Below are positions 1-14,266 of a stretch of DNA of 64,000 bases, piece by piece. Under the pieces are notes generated by a model. It was not told the DNA's origin. It saw nothing but the letters and a program-made list of their open reading frames with translations, and did not search any database. This DNA comes from Balamuthia mandrillaris. Lineage: Eukaryota. The stretch is from NCBI GenBank assembly GCA_031835245.2, contig JAVKOQ020000110.1:62001-126000 (forward strand), read 5' to 3'. Position 1 is the stretch's first letter; each line of letters begins with the position of its first letter. A program made the translations under genes and the position numbers.

Positions 1-525
1 AGCTTCCTTAATGCCGTGGTGCTGACATCCTCTGTTTCCTAAAACCACAAGATCTCCCAGGACGACTCGATTCATTCCTTTCCTACCACCGCATTATCTC
101 CCAGGACGACCCGAATCGTAGATCAACCCCTACTACTACTTGAGGGAACCAGACAAAAAAAATAGAGAGAGAGAGGAGGCGAGCCCTTTTTTATTTTGCT
201 GTGTGGTTTGGGTGGCCGCTTTGCTTCTCTCTTCTTCTTCTTTTTTTTTGCATGCGTGACAGCTCCTTGTGTTGTTCTCGGTAGCCGCCGGTACGCACGC
301 ACGCACTTAACAACAACGACAAGCTTCCCCCTTGCTTCCACTTGAGCTTTTTTTTTTATTGGTTTTGCCGGTATTGTTTTTTTTTTCTCTCTCTCCTTTC
401 TTTCCCGCTCCACTTTTGTTGATTATTTTTTTTTTAACAAATTCATCGCGTGATCTTTTTTTTTTTTGGGGTCGATGAGAAAACAGATTGAACCACGTGA
501 AAAAAAAAACAACAGGGAAAAAAGA

Positions 526-844
526 ATGACAACAAAGAAACGCAAGGCCGCCAGCATGTTGTCGGAGCAGCAGCACCAACAACAGGGCAGCGAGGAGGAG
601 GAGCCACAACCACCACCAGAACGACCGCAGCCCCATAACCACCACACCCACAGCGACCAGAAGGAGAAGGAGAAGGAGAAGGAGGAGGCGAGAGGGACGG
701 GGCGGTTCGCTGTCTCCCCGCTCCACTCCACGCTGACCGTCCCTGAGGACGAGCACGCCTTTAAAGCCCACTTGAACGAGTTTATGGAAGGGAGAGGGTA
801 TAGTCTTTGTGTGTTTTGTTTTGTGTCGTCTCTCTCCTCTTTCT

Positions 845-879
<35 letters not shown>

Positions 880-1624
880 ACAAACCAAATATAAATAGAA
901 CACCACTGGGACGAGTGCCTCAGCTCGGTCACCGAGAAGTGGACCTGTTCGTGCTCTATCGCGAAGTGGTGAAGCGGGGCGGCTTGGAGGCGGTCGTCAA
1001 GAACAAGTGCTGGAAGGAAATAGCCAGCGTGTTCCGCTTCCCAAAGACCTGCACCAATGCCGGCTACACCCTTCGCATACACTACCTGCGTTATCTCTAT
1101 GCCTATGAGCAACGCTTCTTCTTTGGCAATCTGGAGGAATGCTATGTCGATGACAATGCCTTTCTTCGCCCCAAACGCAGCTCTGCGAGGAGTTAGTCCC
1201 CTTTCCTTTCTTGGCTTCTGTTTTCCCACTTCTCTCGTCTCGTTCTTCTGTTCTTCTGTTCTCTTCTTTTTGCTCTCTTCTCACGTTTATCCTTTTTTTC
1301 TTCCCTAAAAACTATATAGTGGCTCAAGAGTCATCTACTTTGCCAACTTCCTCACCCGCTTCTTCTTCGTTGTACAATAACTATTCTGACATCCCAACTC
1401 GTCGCCGTAGCGCCATGCGACGAGGAACATTGGCTTCTCGAAACAGCTCATCCACCTCCCTTGGAGGTGGCAGCATCATGACTGGTCCCTCAACCATGAT
1501 GATGGGAAGCTTAAACGGCGCCGCTGGTCATTCTTTTGTTGATGCTGCCCCGCCCTCTCATCTTCAAGGTTTTTCTTTCTTGTTACTTCTTTCTTTGTTG
1601 ATTTCTTTCAAGCTCTTTGTTTTT

Positions 1625-1666
<42 letters not shown>

Positions 1667-3387
1667 TCTCTTCAAATAATAACGAATTGTTAACATCATT
1701 CAGACTATAATCGAACACCACTTCCGAAGACTTCACGAAGACTTCAAGAAGAGGCCCACAAGTACCCCAATCATCACCTCCACAAACTTTTGGTGCTCAG
1801 CCTGGAGGCCAAAGTGCCAAGACAAGTGAGATGGAGCCTCGACGTTCTCTCTGTTCTCTCCTACGAAGAGCAGCTCAACTTGAACTCTCCCGCTCTGTCG
1901 GGACTCATCGATGCTCTCTTGTCTCATTCCAGCAACTATTTCAAGCACTTTCTCTTTTGTTCCTCATCATCACCCGAAAACAATCACTATTCACCTTCTT
2001 CGTCCTCCTCCTCTTCTAACAGCGACAGCAGCAACGACAACAACAACAGACTCAAAACAGCGACAAAATATGAGAACAAAGCAAAACAAATATCTGAAAT
2101 ATTTAGAAACTTGTCGTTCATGCCAGAGAATGAGAGCATTCTTAGCAAGCACGCTTTGTTCATGGAACAACTGTTGGACGTACTTTCGTTGTTTGCCAAT
2201 CCTTTAACAACTGCTTCACCATCTTCACCTTCTTCTTTCCTAGCTTCTTCCGCTTCTTCAGCTGCTTTTGCTTCCTTTTCTCATTCCTTTTTTACCCCCA
2301 AACTCCAATCTTCATCTTCATCGTCAATTTGTCCGTTTGAGACGTTTGAACGGAAAAAGTTCTTTTGTTTGAACGCGTTGGAGACTTTTGCCAACATTGC
2401 GCACTTTGTGTCTCTCAACAAGCCCACCGTTGCTGAGCGGTGCCTTCCTACCCTTACGTTCTTCCTTGATGACCCTCAAGAGGTATAATTTTCCTCATCT
2501 TTGTGTTTTATGCAACTCTTCGCTCTTCTTCCCTTTCCTTATTTACTCTTCTCTTCTGACTTTCTTTCCGTATGATCAAAAAGGCAGTGGTATGGGCAGT
2601 ATTGGAAACCTTGTCCAAGTTAACAGCTGATGCAGAACACGACAGATACTTTGACAGCATCGAAGACAATTTCTACGACAAGTTAGGTCTTTTGCTTTGT
2701 AAACATGACCCAATTGCTAAACGAGACCGATACAACGAAGATGAAGATGAAGATGATGAAGCGGACGAACAAGAAGATGATGACGAGGAAGAAGATGAAT
2801 GTAACAGCATATTGGAGGTGAAGAGTTTAGTGATGGAGATCCTTCACAATCTCTCCAAGTTTGGTTCGTCAACGACGAGAATACGTCTCGCCAATCACTC
2901 TCCCCTATTCAAACGACTTTTGGCGTTGCTTCATATCTCCACGGAACAACCTCAACAAAACAAAATGGAGGAAGACGAAGAAAGCGAAGAAGAGGACGAT
3001 GACGATGAAGAAAACGACGAAGAAGAAGAGGTGGAAGAAAATGGTGTACGAATAGTGGAACATAAGTCGAAGAAAAAACGAAAGAAGAGTGAAGAGATGG
3101 ACGAAAACGATAAGAACGACGAGAAGAAGGACCAACTTCGGTTCAAGATAGCAAAGAAAGCGGCCTTGACGCTCTCCAATCTCAGCCGAGAGAAGAAGAA
3201 CCAATTCCTCTTTCGCCTCCATCAATCCGAGTTGATGGCCATCGTTTATCCGGACGACGAGGACGGCGATGAAGACGGAGCAGCCAGCAACAACGACCAC
3301 AGGGGAAGCAGTCCGACGGTAAAGAAGATCGTGTTCAACTTTTTGTTGGATTTGGGCTATGTTTACGGCAGCTGCAACGAAAAGTGA
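526..3387 (+). CDS. ARID/BRIGHT-domain protein with C-terminal ARM-like region (ARID1/ARID2-like SWI/SNF subunit), multi-exon
   Basis: ARID motif VDLFVLYREVVKRGGLEAVVKNKCWKEIASVFRFPKTCTNAGYTLRIHYLRYLYAYE. Later LVLSLEAKVPRQVRWSLDVLSVLSYE, ISEIFRNLSF and KAALTLSNLS resemble the ARID1/2 ARM region. Exons are joined by GT-AG introns. Confidence 0.85.
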
Positions 3388-3727
3388 AGCTGGAACGAGG
3401 AACGAAAAAAAACAAGAGCAACAGCGGGTTAGATCTTCTCTTCATTCATTGTTTCTTTGAAGGAGGCAATAATGAAGCCAAGAAGAAGAAGAAGAAGAAG
3501 AAGAAGAACAAGAACAAACAAGAAGCGGAAGTGAAGGAGAAGAACAGCTAGCAGCAAGGGTCTTATCCGCTGAGGACATCTTTTTCGTGCTCTTTCTAGA
3601 TAATAGGTTGTAAAATTTACGGCCATTCCAAACATATTACCATACTATGATACTAGCTAATACATACCTATGAGGTTGATGAGGTAACGTTATAGCTATA
3701 AAGAAATAAAGAGAAGAAGAGTGTGTG

Positions 3728-4711
3728 ATGGAGAGAAGAAGACAGAAGAAACGAAGAAGGGTCGACGCGGAGGTGTTGTTTATACATGGTCTGGAAAGCG
3801 GACCCAACGGATGCAAAGTCATCGTACTCCGCAAGGAAGAAAAACGACGACTCCGCAAATTAGAAGAAGCTTACCGACTCCTCGACAAAACCAGCCACGA
3901 AGGTGAAGAGGAGGAGGAAGAAGAAGACTTTTGTTTCCGTTTTACCGTTCCCAACATGCACATGTCAGTGTGGAGTTTGGACCGACGCAACTCCATTGTG
4001 CGTCAACTTCTTCTTCTTCCCGAATTCCTGGTCACCATAGCGGCCGCCGGCTTCTTCCTATTTGCTTGCGCACAATGGCTCCGCCCTCTTTCGTTCTTCT
4101 GGGCCGCATTCTTGTTGACGCTGCTCCTGTTGGTCCTACTAGCTCGCGTCCAACGTTGGAAGAGCAAAGCCGTCGCCAGAAGCCTGGACGCCTGCGTGCG
4201 AGTTCAAGCAACAGCATTGCAAGAGATCATCGAAAGGAGCAAACAAGAAAACACAGGAGAGACCGGCAAGCAGAAGCAGATCGTTGTGATCGGTTCCAGT
4301 TGGGGAGGAGCAGTGGCTGCCCAGCTGCTGGTGAGAGGGCATTGGAGAGGACCGACTTTGCTCTTGGCTCCTGCCATCCAGAGAGTGCAGGACTTGATTG
4401 ACCCCAAGCAAACCCCTCTCTTGTTGCAGAGGTTGAGAGAGATTGCCAAGCAGCTGGACTCCCCGGTGGCCATTATGCACGCTCCCGAGGATGACACAAT
4501 ACCTTTTGTTCATTCAATGGCTTTGTGCAATGAAGGAGGAGAAGAAGGAGAGGGAGAAAACCCGACAAGACAAAAAGGGATCAGAATGATAACAGTGGAG
4601 GGAGGAGGACACGCTTTGAAGGAAGCAGCTGTGGACGGAAGCATTCGAAAGGAGATGGTGGCGTTGTTGTTGGCCACGAAGGTGATGTCTCAAAAAGAGG
4701 TTATTGAATAA
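3728..4711 (+). CDS. Alpha/beta hydrolase with an internal two-helix hydrophobic insertion, intronless
   Basis: LFIHGLESG oxyanion motif, GSSWGG nucleophile elbow, HAPEDDTIP (Asp) and GGGH (His). Two hydrophobic segments lie between the first two motifs. Confidence 0.85.
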   Translation: MERRRQKKRRRVDAEVLFIHGLESGPNGCKVIVLRKEEKRRLRKLEEAYRLLDKTSHEGEEEEEEEDFCFRFTVPNMHMSVWSLDRRNSIVRQLLLLPEFLVTIAAAGFFLFACAQWLRPLSFFWAAFLLTLLLLVLLARVQRWKSKAVARSLDACVRVQATALQEIIERSKQENTGETGKQKQIVVIGSSWGGAVAAQLLVRGHWRGPTLLLAPAIQRVQDLIDPKQTPLLLQRLREIAKQLDSPVAIMHAPEDDTIPFVHSMALCNEGGEEGEGENPTRQKGIRMITVEGGGHALKEAAVDGSIRKEMVALLLATKVMSQKEVIE

Positions 4712-4781
4712 GGCGGCAATTCCTCTAACATTTGTTGAATACTCCAATTATTTATAGACAAAAAACAATTAAAAACAAAGA

Positions 4782-7700
4782 CTAACAATTCTCTTCCATT
4801 GCAGTCATGAGATAGACCACGTCCCTGTCTTGCAACAAAGGCAGATCTTCCTCGCGTATCTTGGCACCGTCCTTATCACGCACCACAACTGCCTGCTCGT
4901 TGCTGTGAACAAGACCCAGAGCTTTGTTGCCTCTCTCGAAAAGCTCTTGCATCGAAGTTGGCATCGGTACCCGTTTCCCTCCTCTTTGTTGATATTTGCG
5001 GCGAACGATGAGCTCCTTGACGAGAGAGGCGTCCGAGGCCACGTGGAGCTCTGCTTTTCTTTGCTGGGTTATTTCAGACACCAGCTTGAGCGCATTGTCT
5101 CTGTTGTGTTTCAAAGTGAGAAAAAATAAATAAAATAAAACAAAGAAAAAGGAGAGAGATAACAAACTTGATAGTGTTACAAGCAAGGTGAAGATACTCC
5201 GCATTGAAGAATCGAAATGGAGTATTCAGGAGATCATCCAAGAAATATTCGGAGTAAGCCAGTCGTGTCATCGCCATCTTGAGAGGTTTCTGTCCTTTGG
5301 CGCTGTTGACGAATCTGCTTTGTCCATACATTGCTGCTCCCATCAATACTCTATGCGCCTTTTGGTATGTGGGATGAGAACAAACACAGGAAGAATGGGA
5401 CAAAGAAAATAAAAAAAGGGAGCATATAAATAAAAAGAACTAACCATAAGAATGTGCTCAGCGGCTCTTCCAATAGCAGCGGCATCATCCCCTTTTCCAG
5501 CGGAAGAAGATGCTCCGCCTCCTGCTTTCCTATGAATCAACTTTTTGGTCTTCTGAATGATCCATGAATTCTTTTGCGTGGATGCCAGCTTCCTCAGTGT
5601 TGTTCTTGAGCGACCGTACCATTGCAAGAAAGTGACAGCCACGTTATGGTTCAACGCTTGATCCAGTTGTTCCGATGCACGTTCTCTTCGAGAGGAGGTA
5701 GAAGAACAGCCATAATGAGAGCCTGTAAAAGGATTGGAACAAACCCAACAAAAGTCGTATTGACATTTTGTGCATTTCATGTGATTGCAGCCGCCATTCT
5801 TTTGGATGCTCGCGTTGCATCTGGGGCAGTGTTTTGTATTTCCCTTTGGTTGTTTTGTTAGAGAAGAGAAAAGGGGAGAGCAGAGGGTGAAACTAAAATT
5901 TATCTACCTCGATCCATTTGATAGATAAGTCCTCATCATCAGAAATACGATCTCTGCCATAACGGTCGTAGAACCATTTGGCCTCCTCACAAGTTGCTGG
6001 AAAATGACATTCTTCGTGGCATGTGAAACACCAACTCTGTCCACAGTCGCAAATCACTCCAAGAGAGGCAGTTCGTTGTGATGCTGGACCCGTTTTCATC
6101 GGTGCTTCTATCACGTACTCGCATCTTAAACGCATTTAGGTAAAAGAGTTCGTTAGTTTGTCTTCTCTCATTCTCTCTTTTGCAACCTTCTCTGCTCGTC
6201 TACTTCTCCTCTCTCGTTTTGCTTCTTGAGGTTCAGTAAGAACACATACTTATTTCCCGGACACCAGGCCAAAGTTTCGTCATTGGTGACGACATTGGAG
6301 ACAGCAAATGTCACGTACTTGACAAACATTTCTCTTGAGATAAGAGAAGCAATCGTTACATGATCCACTATGTAGTTACACTGAAGAAAAGGACATCTGT
6401 GGTTGTTTTCATAAAGGTCAACAAAAGGAACACGAATCAAAGGAGAAAGAGAATTTGTGTAAAAAGAAAAGAAAAGAAGACAAGAACATGGAGACGAAGA
6501 AAGTAAACCTGATAGCATCAGTAGACCCGTCATTGATTTGAACTTGTAAGTATTGTGCATAGCAACCATTACAAAACCAATGATCTGCATGCGTTAAAGT
6601 GAGTTACAGCTTTAAGATACCAAAACGAAAAACGTACGGCACAGATTGAGAGCTGTCATTTTGGCCTCACAGGTCAGTTTCTGGTCACAAATGGCGCATC
6701 TTATCTTCGATCCAGCAACGACAACAGCTTGAGTGTTTTCCTTTTTGTTGTGTCCTGCTTTGTTCCTTCTGATGCCAGTTTCCTCAAACAACTGTTTCAT
6801 CGCATCCATCTAAATAGTATATGGGAATGTTTGATAGTTAAAAGAACGAGAGAAGCAAGAACCAGAGGAAAAGGTGAGAAGAAAATGCAATACCCAAAAT
6901 GAAGTTGTGTGCTGTTTTTGTTGCTCTTTCAACAGGCCAAGAAACCGTTGAGCAATTTCCTCCACGTTCCATTTGTAATGATGTAACATCACTCGCAGAA
7001 CCGCAGAAGAAAAGAACAATGCTCCATCTTCTTCTTCTCCTTTATCTTTCCTTTCGTCGCCTTTATCTTCAGCCATGATATGTCCACCAAAACGACAAAG
7101 AGTAGCTTCCATCTCCGCTTTTGCTTGTTCGATTTTCTCCATTTGAAGGCGAAGCACATCTTCTTTGCTCAGCACATTATACTTCCAACGAAACACTTGT
7201 TTCATCACTTCCATCTCATCTCCTCCTTCTCCCTCTCCTTCCTTTTCTTTGTTATTGTCGATATTAACTCTGATATTAGTTCCGCTGCGCCGAAGACGAA
7301 TGACCATCTTTCCTGTCGTTTTGTTATTGTTGTTGAGCAAAAGTTCATCACCTTGTTGTTGTGGATTGTTTGCGTTTGAAGCTTGTTTGCCTTTGCGTTT
7401 TTGTTGTTGCTCCATTTCAGCAAAGATGACTCGCTTGACTTTCTCGACTTTGTGAGTGGCTACTTGGCGCAACCATTCTTTTGCTATCTCCACTAAATGC
7501 AACACAAGACTTTCACCTGAATGTTTTTGTTTGTTACATAAAAAAGAGCCAACAAGAAACAAAAGAACCCAGAAAAGCGAAGCGACAAACAAACCAGTCA
7601 TTTTTGTCGTGAAGGCTTTAGCCTCTTCCTCTAATTTAGAGCGCAGCAAGGCATACTTCCTGTCACTAAGGCCAACGCTTAGACTGTCGCTTCTTACATC

Positions 7701-8172
7701 TATCGTTAGCGGTGGCTCCGCCAATGGATACTTGACACCAAAAACAAGCAACAAAGAAATGTGTGCTTTGAAGTGTTGTTAGAGAAGAACAAAGAAAGAA
7801 CACAGAAAGACAGCGAAATAGAGAGAAAGAGAGGTAGGGAGAGAGAGGTACGATGATAGTCGTGAATGCGAAGCAGCAGTAAAGTATCTTCTGATAACTC
7901 GTTGTCAATAGAGAGTTGTATCTTTAAGCGCCGAGGCAAAGACTGTCCCTCTTTTCGGTGAGAGAAAAAGGTAGAATGCAGAAGACAACAAAAAGAAAGG
8001 AAGAAAAAGCTTGAGCCGCCAAACAGAAGGAGGAAAGTAAGATGGAAGGGAGGCAGAGAGAGAGGGGAGAGACGGGAACCTTCTAACTGTTTGCCAAAGT
8101 AAGACCGTAATACATCAAGTTCCTCCTTTTGTAAACGAGCACATTCCTCTTTTATTGAGGTCAGGCAAAGAT

Positions 8173-8216
<44 letters not shown>

Positions 8217-9088
8217 AAAAGGATAGAACGGAAACCAAAAGGCAACGTGACAAAAAGATAGGCAACAAACCATAGAGTTCAGCAGGAAACATGCTCTCCG
8301 ATTCAGTTTCTTCCTCTTCCTTTCTCTTCTCGTCTGCTTGCTCTTCCACCTCTTCGTCACTGCTATCCTCATCCGCCAAAGCCAGCCACGCTCGTCTACG
8401 CTCTTCCCTTACTCGTTCCTCCTCCTCTTGCTTCTTCCTTTGCTCTTCTTCTTCCTCCTCCCTCGCTTTGCCCTTCGCTAGCTCGACCAAATAGGAGTCC
8501 TCATCCAAAAAGCACGAACTCTCATACGTTCTTCGAAGGACTTCAAAGTTTGTCTTTCTTCTCTTCTCCGCTTCTTCCGCTTCTTCTGGAGGTGAAGAAG
8601 CATCCATCAAATAAAACGTCGTTGAAGGCGAGGCTGACAGCAGCGTTTTCAAATGTGTCAAGCCATCGACTCTTGTTCCGTCTTCCGTCACGAGCCGAAA
8701 GCGTTTTCTCAGGTTGCTTCCTTCTTGATCATCATCATCATCATCTGTTGAGGAAGAGGACGAAGATTCATCAACGACAACAAACCCGAGTTTCGAGCAA
8801 GCGAGCCGCAAAAAGGCGTCAAACAGCTGTTCGTTGGCGGCGTCGTAGGCGGCCGCCGAGGCAAAGGACTGTTGGCGGGGAGAGAGCCGCGGCACAAGCA
8901 GAGCTTTGCCCCATTTCGTACTTCCCAATCGAAACACGGTCACCTTTTTTTTTTTTGATGTTTGTTTTATTTTTTGATGAGGACAAGAAAGAGAGAAAGA
9001 GAGAGAGGGAGGAGTTTGTTACTCGTTGACGAGAGGCCTCTTCGGCTCTCGATCGGCGGACGATGCGGCCTGCTTCTTTTTCTTCCAT
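4782..9088 (-). CDS. RBR (Ariadne/RNF14-like) E3 ubiquitin ligase with RWD domain and N- and C-terminal KHA-like domains, multi-exon
   Basis: RWD: EELDVLRSYFG...YPLAEPP...LVEIAKEWL. Ariadne UBA-like: LRVMLHHYKWNVEEI. RING1: CAIC...LCHHWFCNGC...CPFLQC. IBR: WCPG...CDCGQSWCFTCHEECHFPATC. RING2: CPRCNASIQKNGGCNHMKCTKCQYDFCWVC, with the catalytic Cys. A short first exon from ATG 9088 splices to VTVFRLG at 8943. Confidence 0.85.
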
Positions 9089-9139
9089 CACTCCCTTTTG
9101 TTTTCTTTCTTTCTTTTTGTTTCGTCGGTCGTTTTATAG

Positions 9140-10399
9140 CTATGGAGAAGAAGAAGAAGAAGAAGAAGAAGAAGAAGAAGAAGAAGAAGAAGAAGAAGAA
9201 GAAGAAGAAGAACAAGAAGAAGATGAAGAAGAAGAAGAACGTAAGGAAGGAGGGATGAGGTCGGGGGCAAAGTCCCTGAAGATGATGGAGATGCGGCGCT
9301 CTCGTCTCACTTTGACCCCCTTTGTTTGCTCGTCTTCCACCAAGCCGTTGTTCAAGTAGAACTGAGAGCGAGAGGCAGAATGGGAGGTGGAGGAGGGCAG
9401 GAAGAGCTGTTCTCCGGCGGCGATGCCATGGCCCCACTCGTACCGTGCTGATGCACTGGATGGTCGGTGGTTTGTTCCATAGAGAGAAATGGAGGATGGA
9501 GGAGGAAGGCATGAGAAAGAAGAGCAGCGGTGAAGAATGAAGGGGTGAATGAGTGAAGCATGCCCAAAAAGACGAATGCAGAGCGATGGAAACAACCTAC
9601 CTCAACACATAAAACGACCGCGGTGGCAGCAACATCCTCACCTCCACCCCCTCCTCCTTGCCTTTCTCCTCCTTCTCCTCCCTCTCTTTCTCCTTCTCCT
9701 CCAAGCGTAGCGTCATGACGCATGGCGACAGCAAGGACAGCCCCGCCACGAGCCCGCCGGAGAACTTGACGCTGTCCACATGGCTTCTCATGCGGCCCCT
9801 CTGGTGCAGGTCCAGCACGTGGACGTGCGGGAAGAGCGGCGGCGGCTGCTCCTCGCCGGGGGCGGCGGGGAAGCGCAGCCATCGCTCGCTCAGCCGCTGC
9901 AGCGTGGCGCGGTTGGCGGGGGCGAACCGGTGGAGGGAGCGCTCGGTCTCGCGGTAGTCCGCTATGACGTCGTCCCAGTGGTCGGTGGCGTAGGGCTTGG
10001 CGCGGAGAAGGGGGTCCAGCTCCTGCACCAGGGCAGCGTGCTCTTCTGTGATGAGTTTTTTTGTGTGGGTAAAGCGAAGCGGAAACCACAAACAAACAAA
10101 CCTGGAGTGATGGCGTTGGGGATGAGGCGAAGGCCACGAAGACGGGAGCCTAAACACCGGTGAGGGTCATCGATGAGATGCTCGGCGCCGTCCACAAGCA
10201 CCACGTCCTCGAAACTTCCTTTGTCGTGTGTGGCTGCTGAGGAAATTTCGAATGTGGCGTATCCTCGCTGCTCGGGTAGTGAGAGCTTGCGTGCATGCGC
10301 TTTGCCATCAGCGGCGCGATAGGAGAGCGAGCACACCCGAAGAAGGCGGCCCTCGCTGCTCGGTCGTGACTCGAACCACCACCCCCAACGTCGTTTCAT
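9140..10399 (-). CDS. ALKBH7: AlkB homolog 7-like Fe(II)/2-oxoglutarate dioxygenase, 3 exons
   Basis: DHWDDVIADYRETER, HVHVLDL...SHVDSVKFSGGLVAGLSLLSPCVM, LLPPRSFYVL, ARYEWGHGI and RRERRISIIFRD. The Arg-rich N-terminus resembles a mitochondrial presequence. Confidence 0.9.
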
Positions 10400-10669
10400 C
10401 TTCTACTTGGTTTGTTGGGGGTTCATTTTTCGTGACGACCCGAAATTTTTTCGCGTCGTCGTGAACAGCAGAGGAGACGAGATAGGAGAAGAGATAGGAT
10501 AAGAGAGAGGAGATGGGAGAGGAGATGAGAGAGGAGATGAGAGAGGAGAGAAGAGAGAAGAGAAGAGAGAGCAGAGAGCAGAGCGAGAACAGCGGAGAGA
10601 ATGGAGGAGAGAGGAGAGCACGAGAGAGGAGTGGAGGAGAATAGAGGATGAGAGCTGAGAGAATGGAGG

Positions 10670-10706
<37 letters not shown>

Positions 10707-11167
10707 ACGGAGAGAAAGTACGAACAAGAGAATGAGAGGAGAGAGAATGGGATGGAAGAGAGGAGGTGGAAGAACGGAAAATAGAGGTTGAGAAGTGAGA
10801 GAGAATGGAGGAGCGCGAGAGAAACGAGGAAATGAGAGGGGGGAGGAGGGGAGAGAGTGAGTAAGAAACGGAGAAGAACGAACAAGGAACTGGAATACAT
10901 ATTTTTTTAAAAGAGAGGATCAGAAAAGAAAAAAAAACAGAAGAGAGAGAGAGAGAAAAAAAATGGTGACCGAGAGGTGGGCGGAAGGAAGGAGCGCTAC
11001 ATAGGAAGGGGGTGGGTCTGGAGATACTTTCCTCTTCTTCTTTCTCGTCTGAAATACGTGCACTCTGCAAATTCATCCCACTGTTATTGTGTCCCTCCTT
11101 CTTTCACTTCCTTCATCCTCCACATCCTTTTGTTTGTGGTCGTTGTTGTTGATGTTTGTCTTTTGTT

Positions 11168-13042
<1,875 letters not shown>

Positions 13043-14266
13043 CTTGTATTATTTTTTTTTTGTCTCCTCTATTGTGCTGAAAGATTGATTTGGTTCCGGG
13101 TTGTTGTTTTTTGGTGTGTGCTTGCGTGTGTGTTTCCTGAAAGAGAGAGAGAGAGGGCTTGAGGAGAAAGAAGAGAAGCAAGAAGAAGAAGGAACCGGAA
13201 AAGACGACGAAGAAGATTGAAAGTTCCTTTGTTCGTTAGCTATACTAGAAATAACAAAATAACAAAATAAAATAACAAAATAAAAATAATAAAAAAACGA
13301 TGCTGACAAAAAAAAAAAATAATAAACAAAGGAAGGAAGAAAAGACGAGAAAGACAACCAACAAACAACAACAACAACGCGCTTCGGTACGTTCGAGTCG
13401 TACGTACGTGAGGCATAATTACACCCCCCATAAAATAATTATTATCAGACAACCCAAATAATTGGGGGGAGGGGACGAGTGTAATCGATAAAAAAGAATC
13501 CACCCATCATACAATAATAAAATAGAAATAACAACAAATGATAATTTCACATCCGAAGGAGAAAGGCTTCGTCGTTGCGGTTACACAACCCGAGATAGAC
13601 ATCACCAGAGCAGAGACATCAACAAACAAACGAGGGAGATACGAACGAGGGGAGGCGGAGCGAGGAAGGAGGGATTTTGATAAAGAAAAATAATATGAAA
13701 AAAAAATAACGACCCGCTATTTTTTTTTTCGTATTTCTCCGATAGCATGACAAACGCTCAGGAGATCAAAAAGTGCGAACGAAAAAGAAAGCAAGAGTCT
13801 CACTGGAGAGGAAAAATTTTGCTCCGGAGAAGATGATGAACAAAAAGCACAACAAAACAACAGCGACAAAAGAACAAAGATTTTGAACTTACCTGGGCGT
13901 GTTTTTGCTAGGCTTTTTTCTCCCCTCCTTTATGCCCAAGCTTGTTGTGTTCTGTTCTGTTCCTCCAGAAAACTCTGCTTCCTTTTTGTTCTTTTGTGAG
14001 AAAAGAACGACTTTCAGCACGACAACAGGGAGAAAAAAAAGCAATAGAACCGAAAGGAGGATGTTGGGCTAAAGGGCAGCTGGCAAAAAAATTCAAACAA
14101 ATCCCGATACACGAACAAATAAGGATAATATTTCGATAATATATGGTGAATATCGATTATATCGGCCATTTATGGGTAATCTAAGATCAATGATAAATTT
14201 CCTCCAATCGTAATTCAAAATAATTGCCCAAAAAGGTAAAGATCTTTCCTTAGCACAAAAAAAGTT

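Noticed and set aside
52..118. Two copies of ATCTCCCAGGACGAC.CGA.TC 44 bp apart (CRISPR-like?)
   Set aside because: Only two units, at the window edge, in a eukaryotic context with no cas genes.
8962..9359. ORFs of poly-K, poly-E, poly-F or poly-L here and at ~25700, 30800, 36400, 42100, 52500 and 60100
   Set aside because: They are translations of stop-free microsatellites in introns, UTRs or on the antisense strand.
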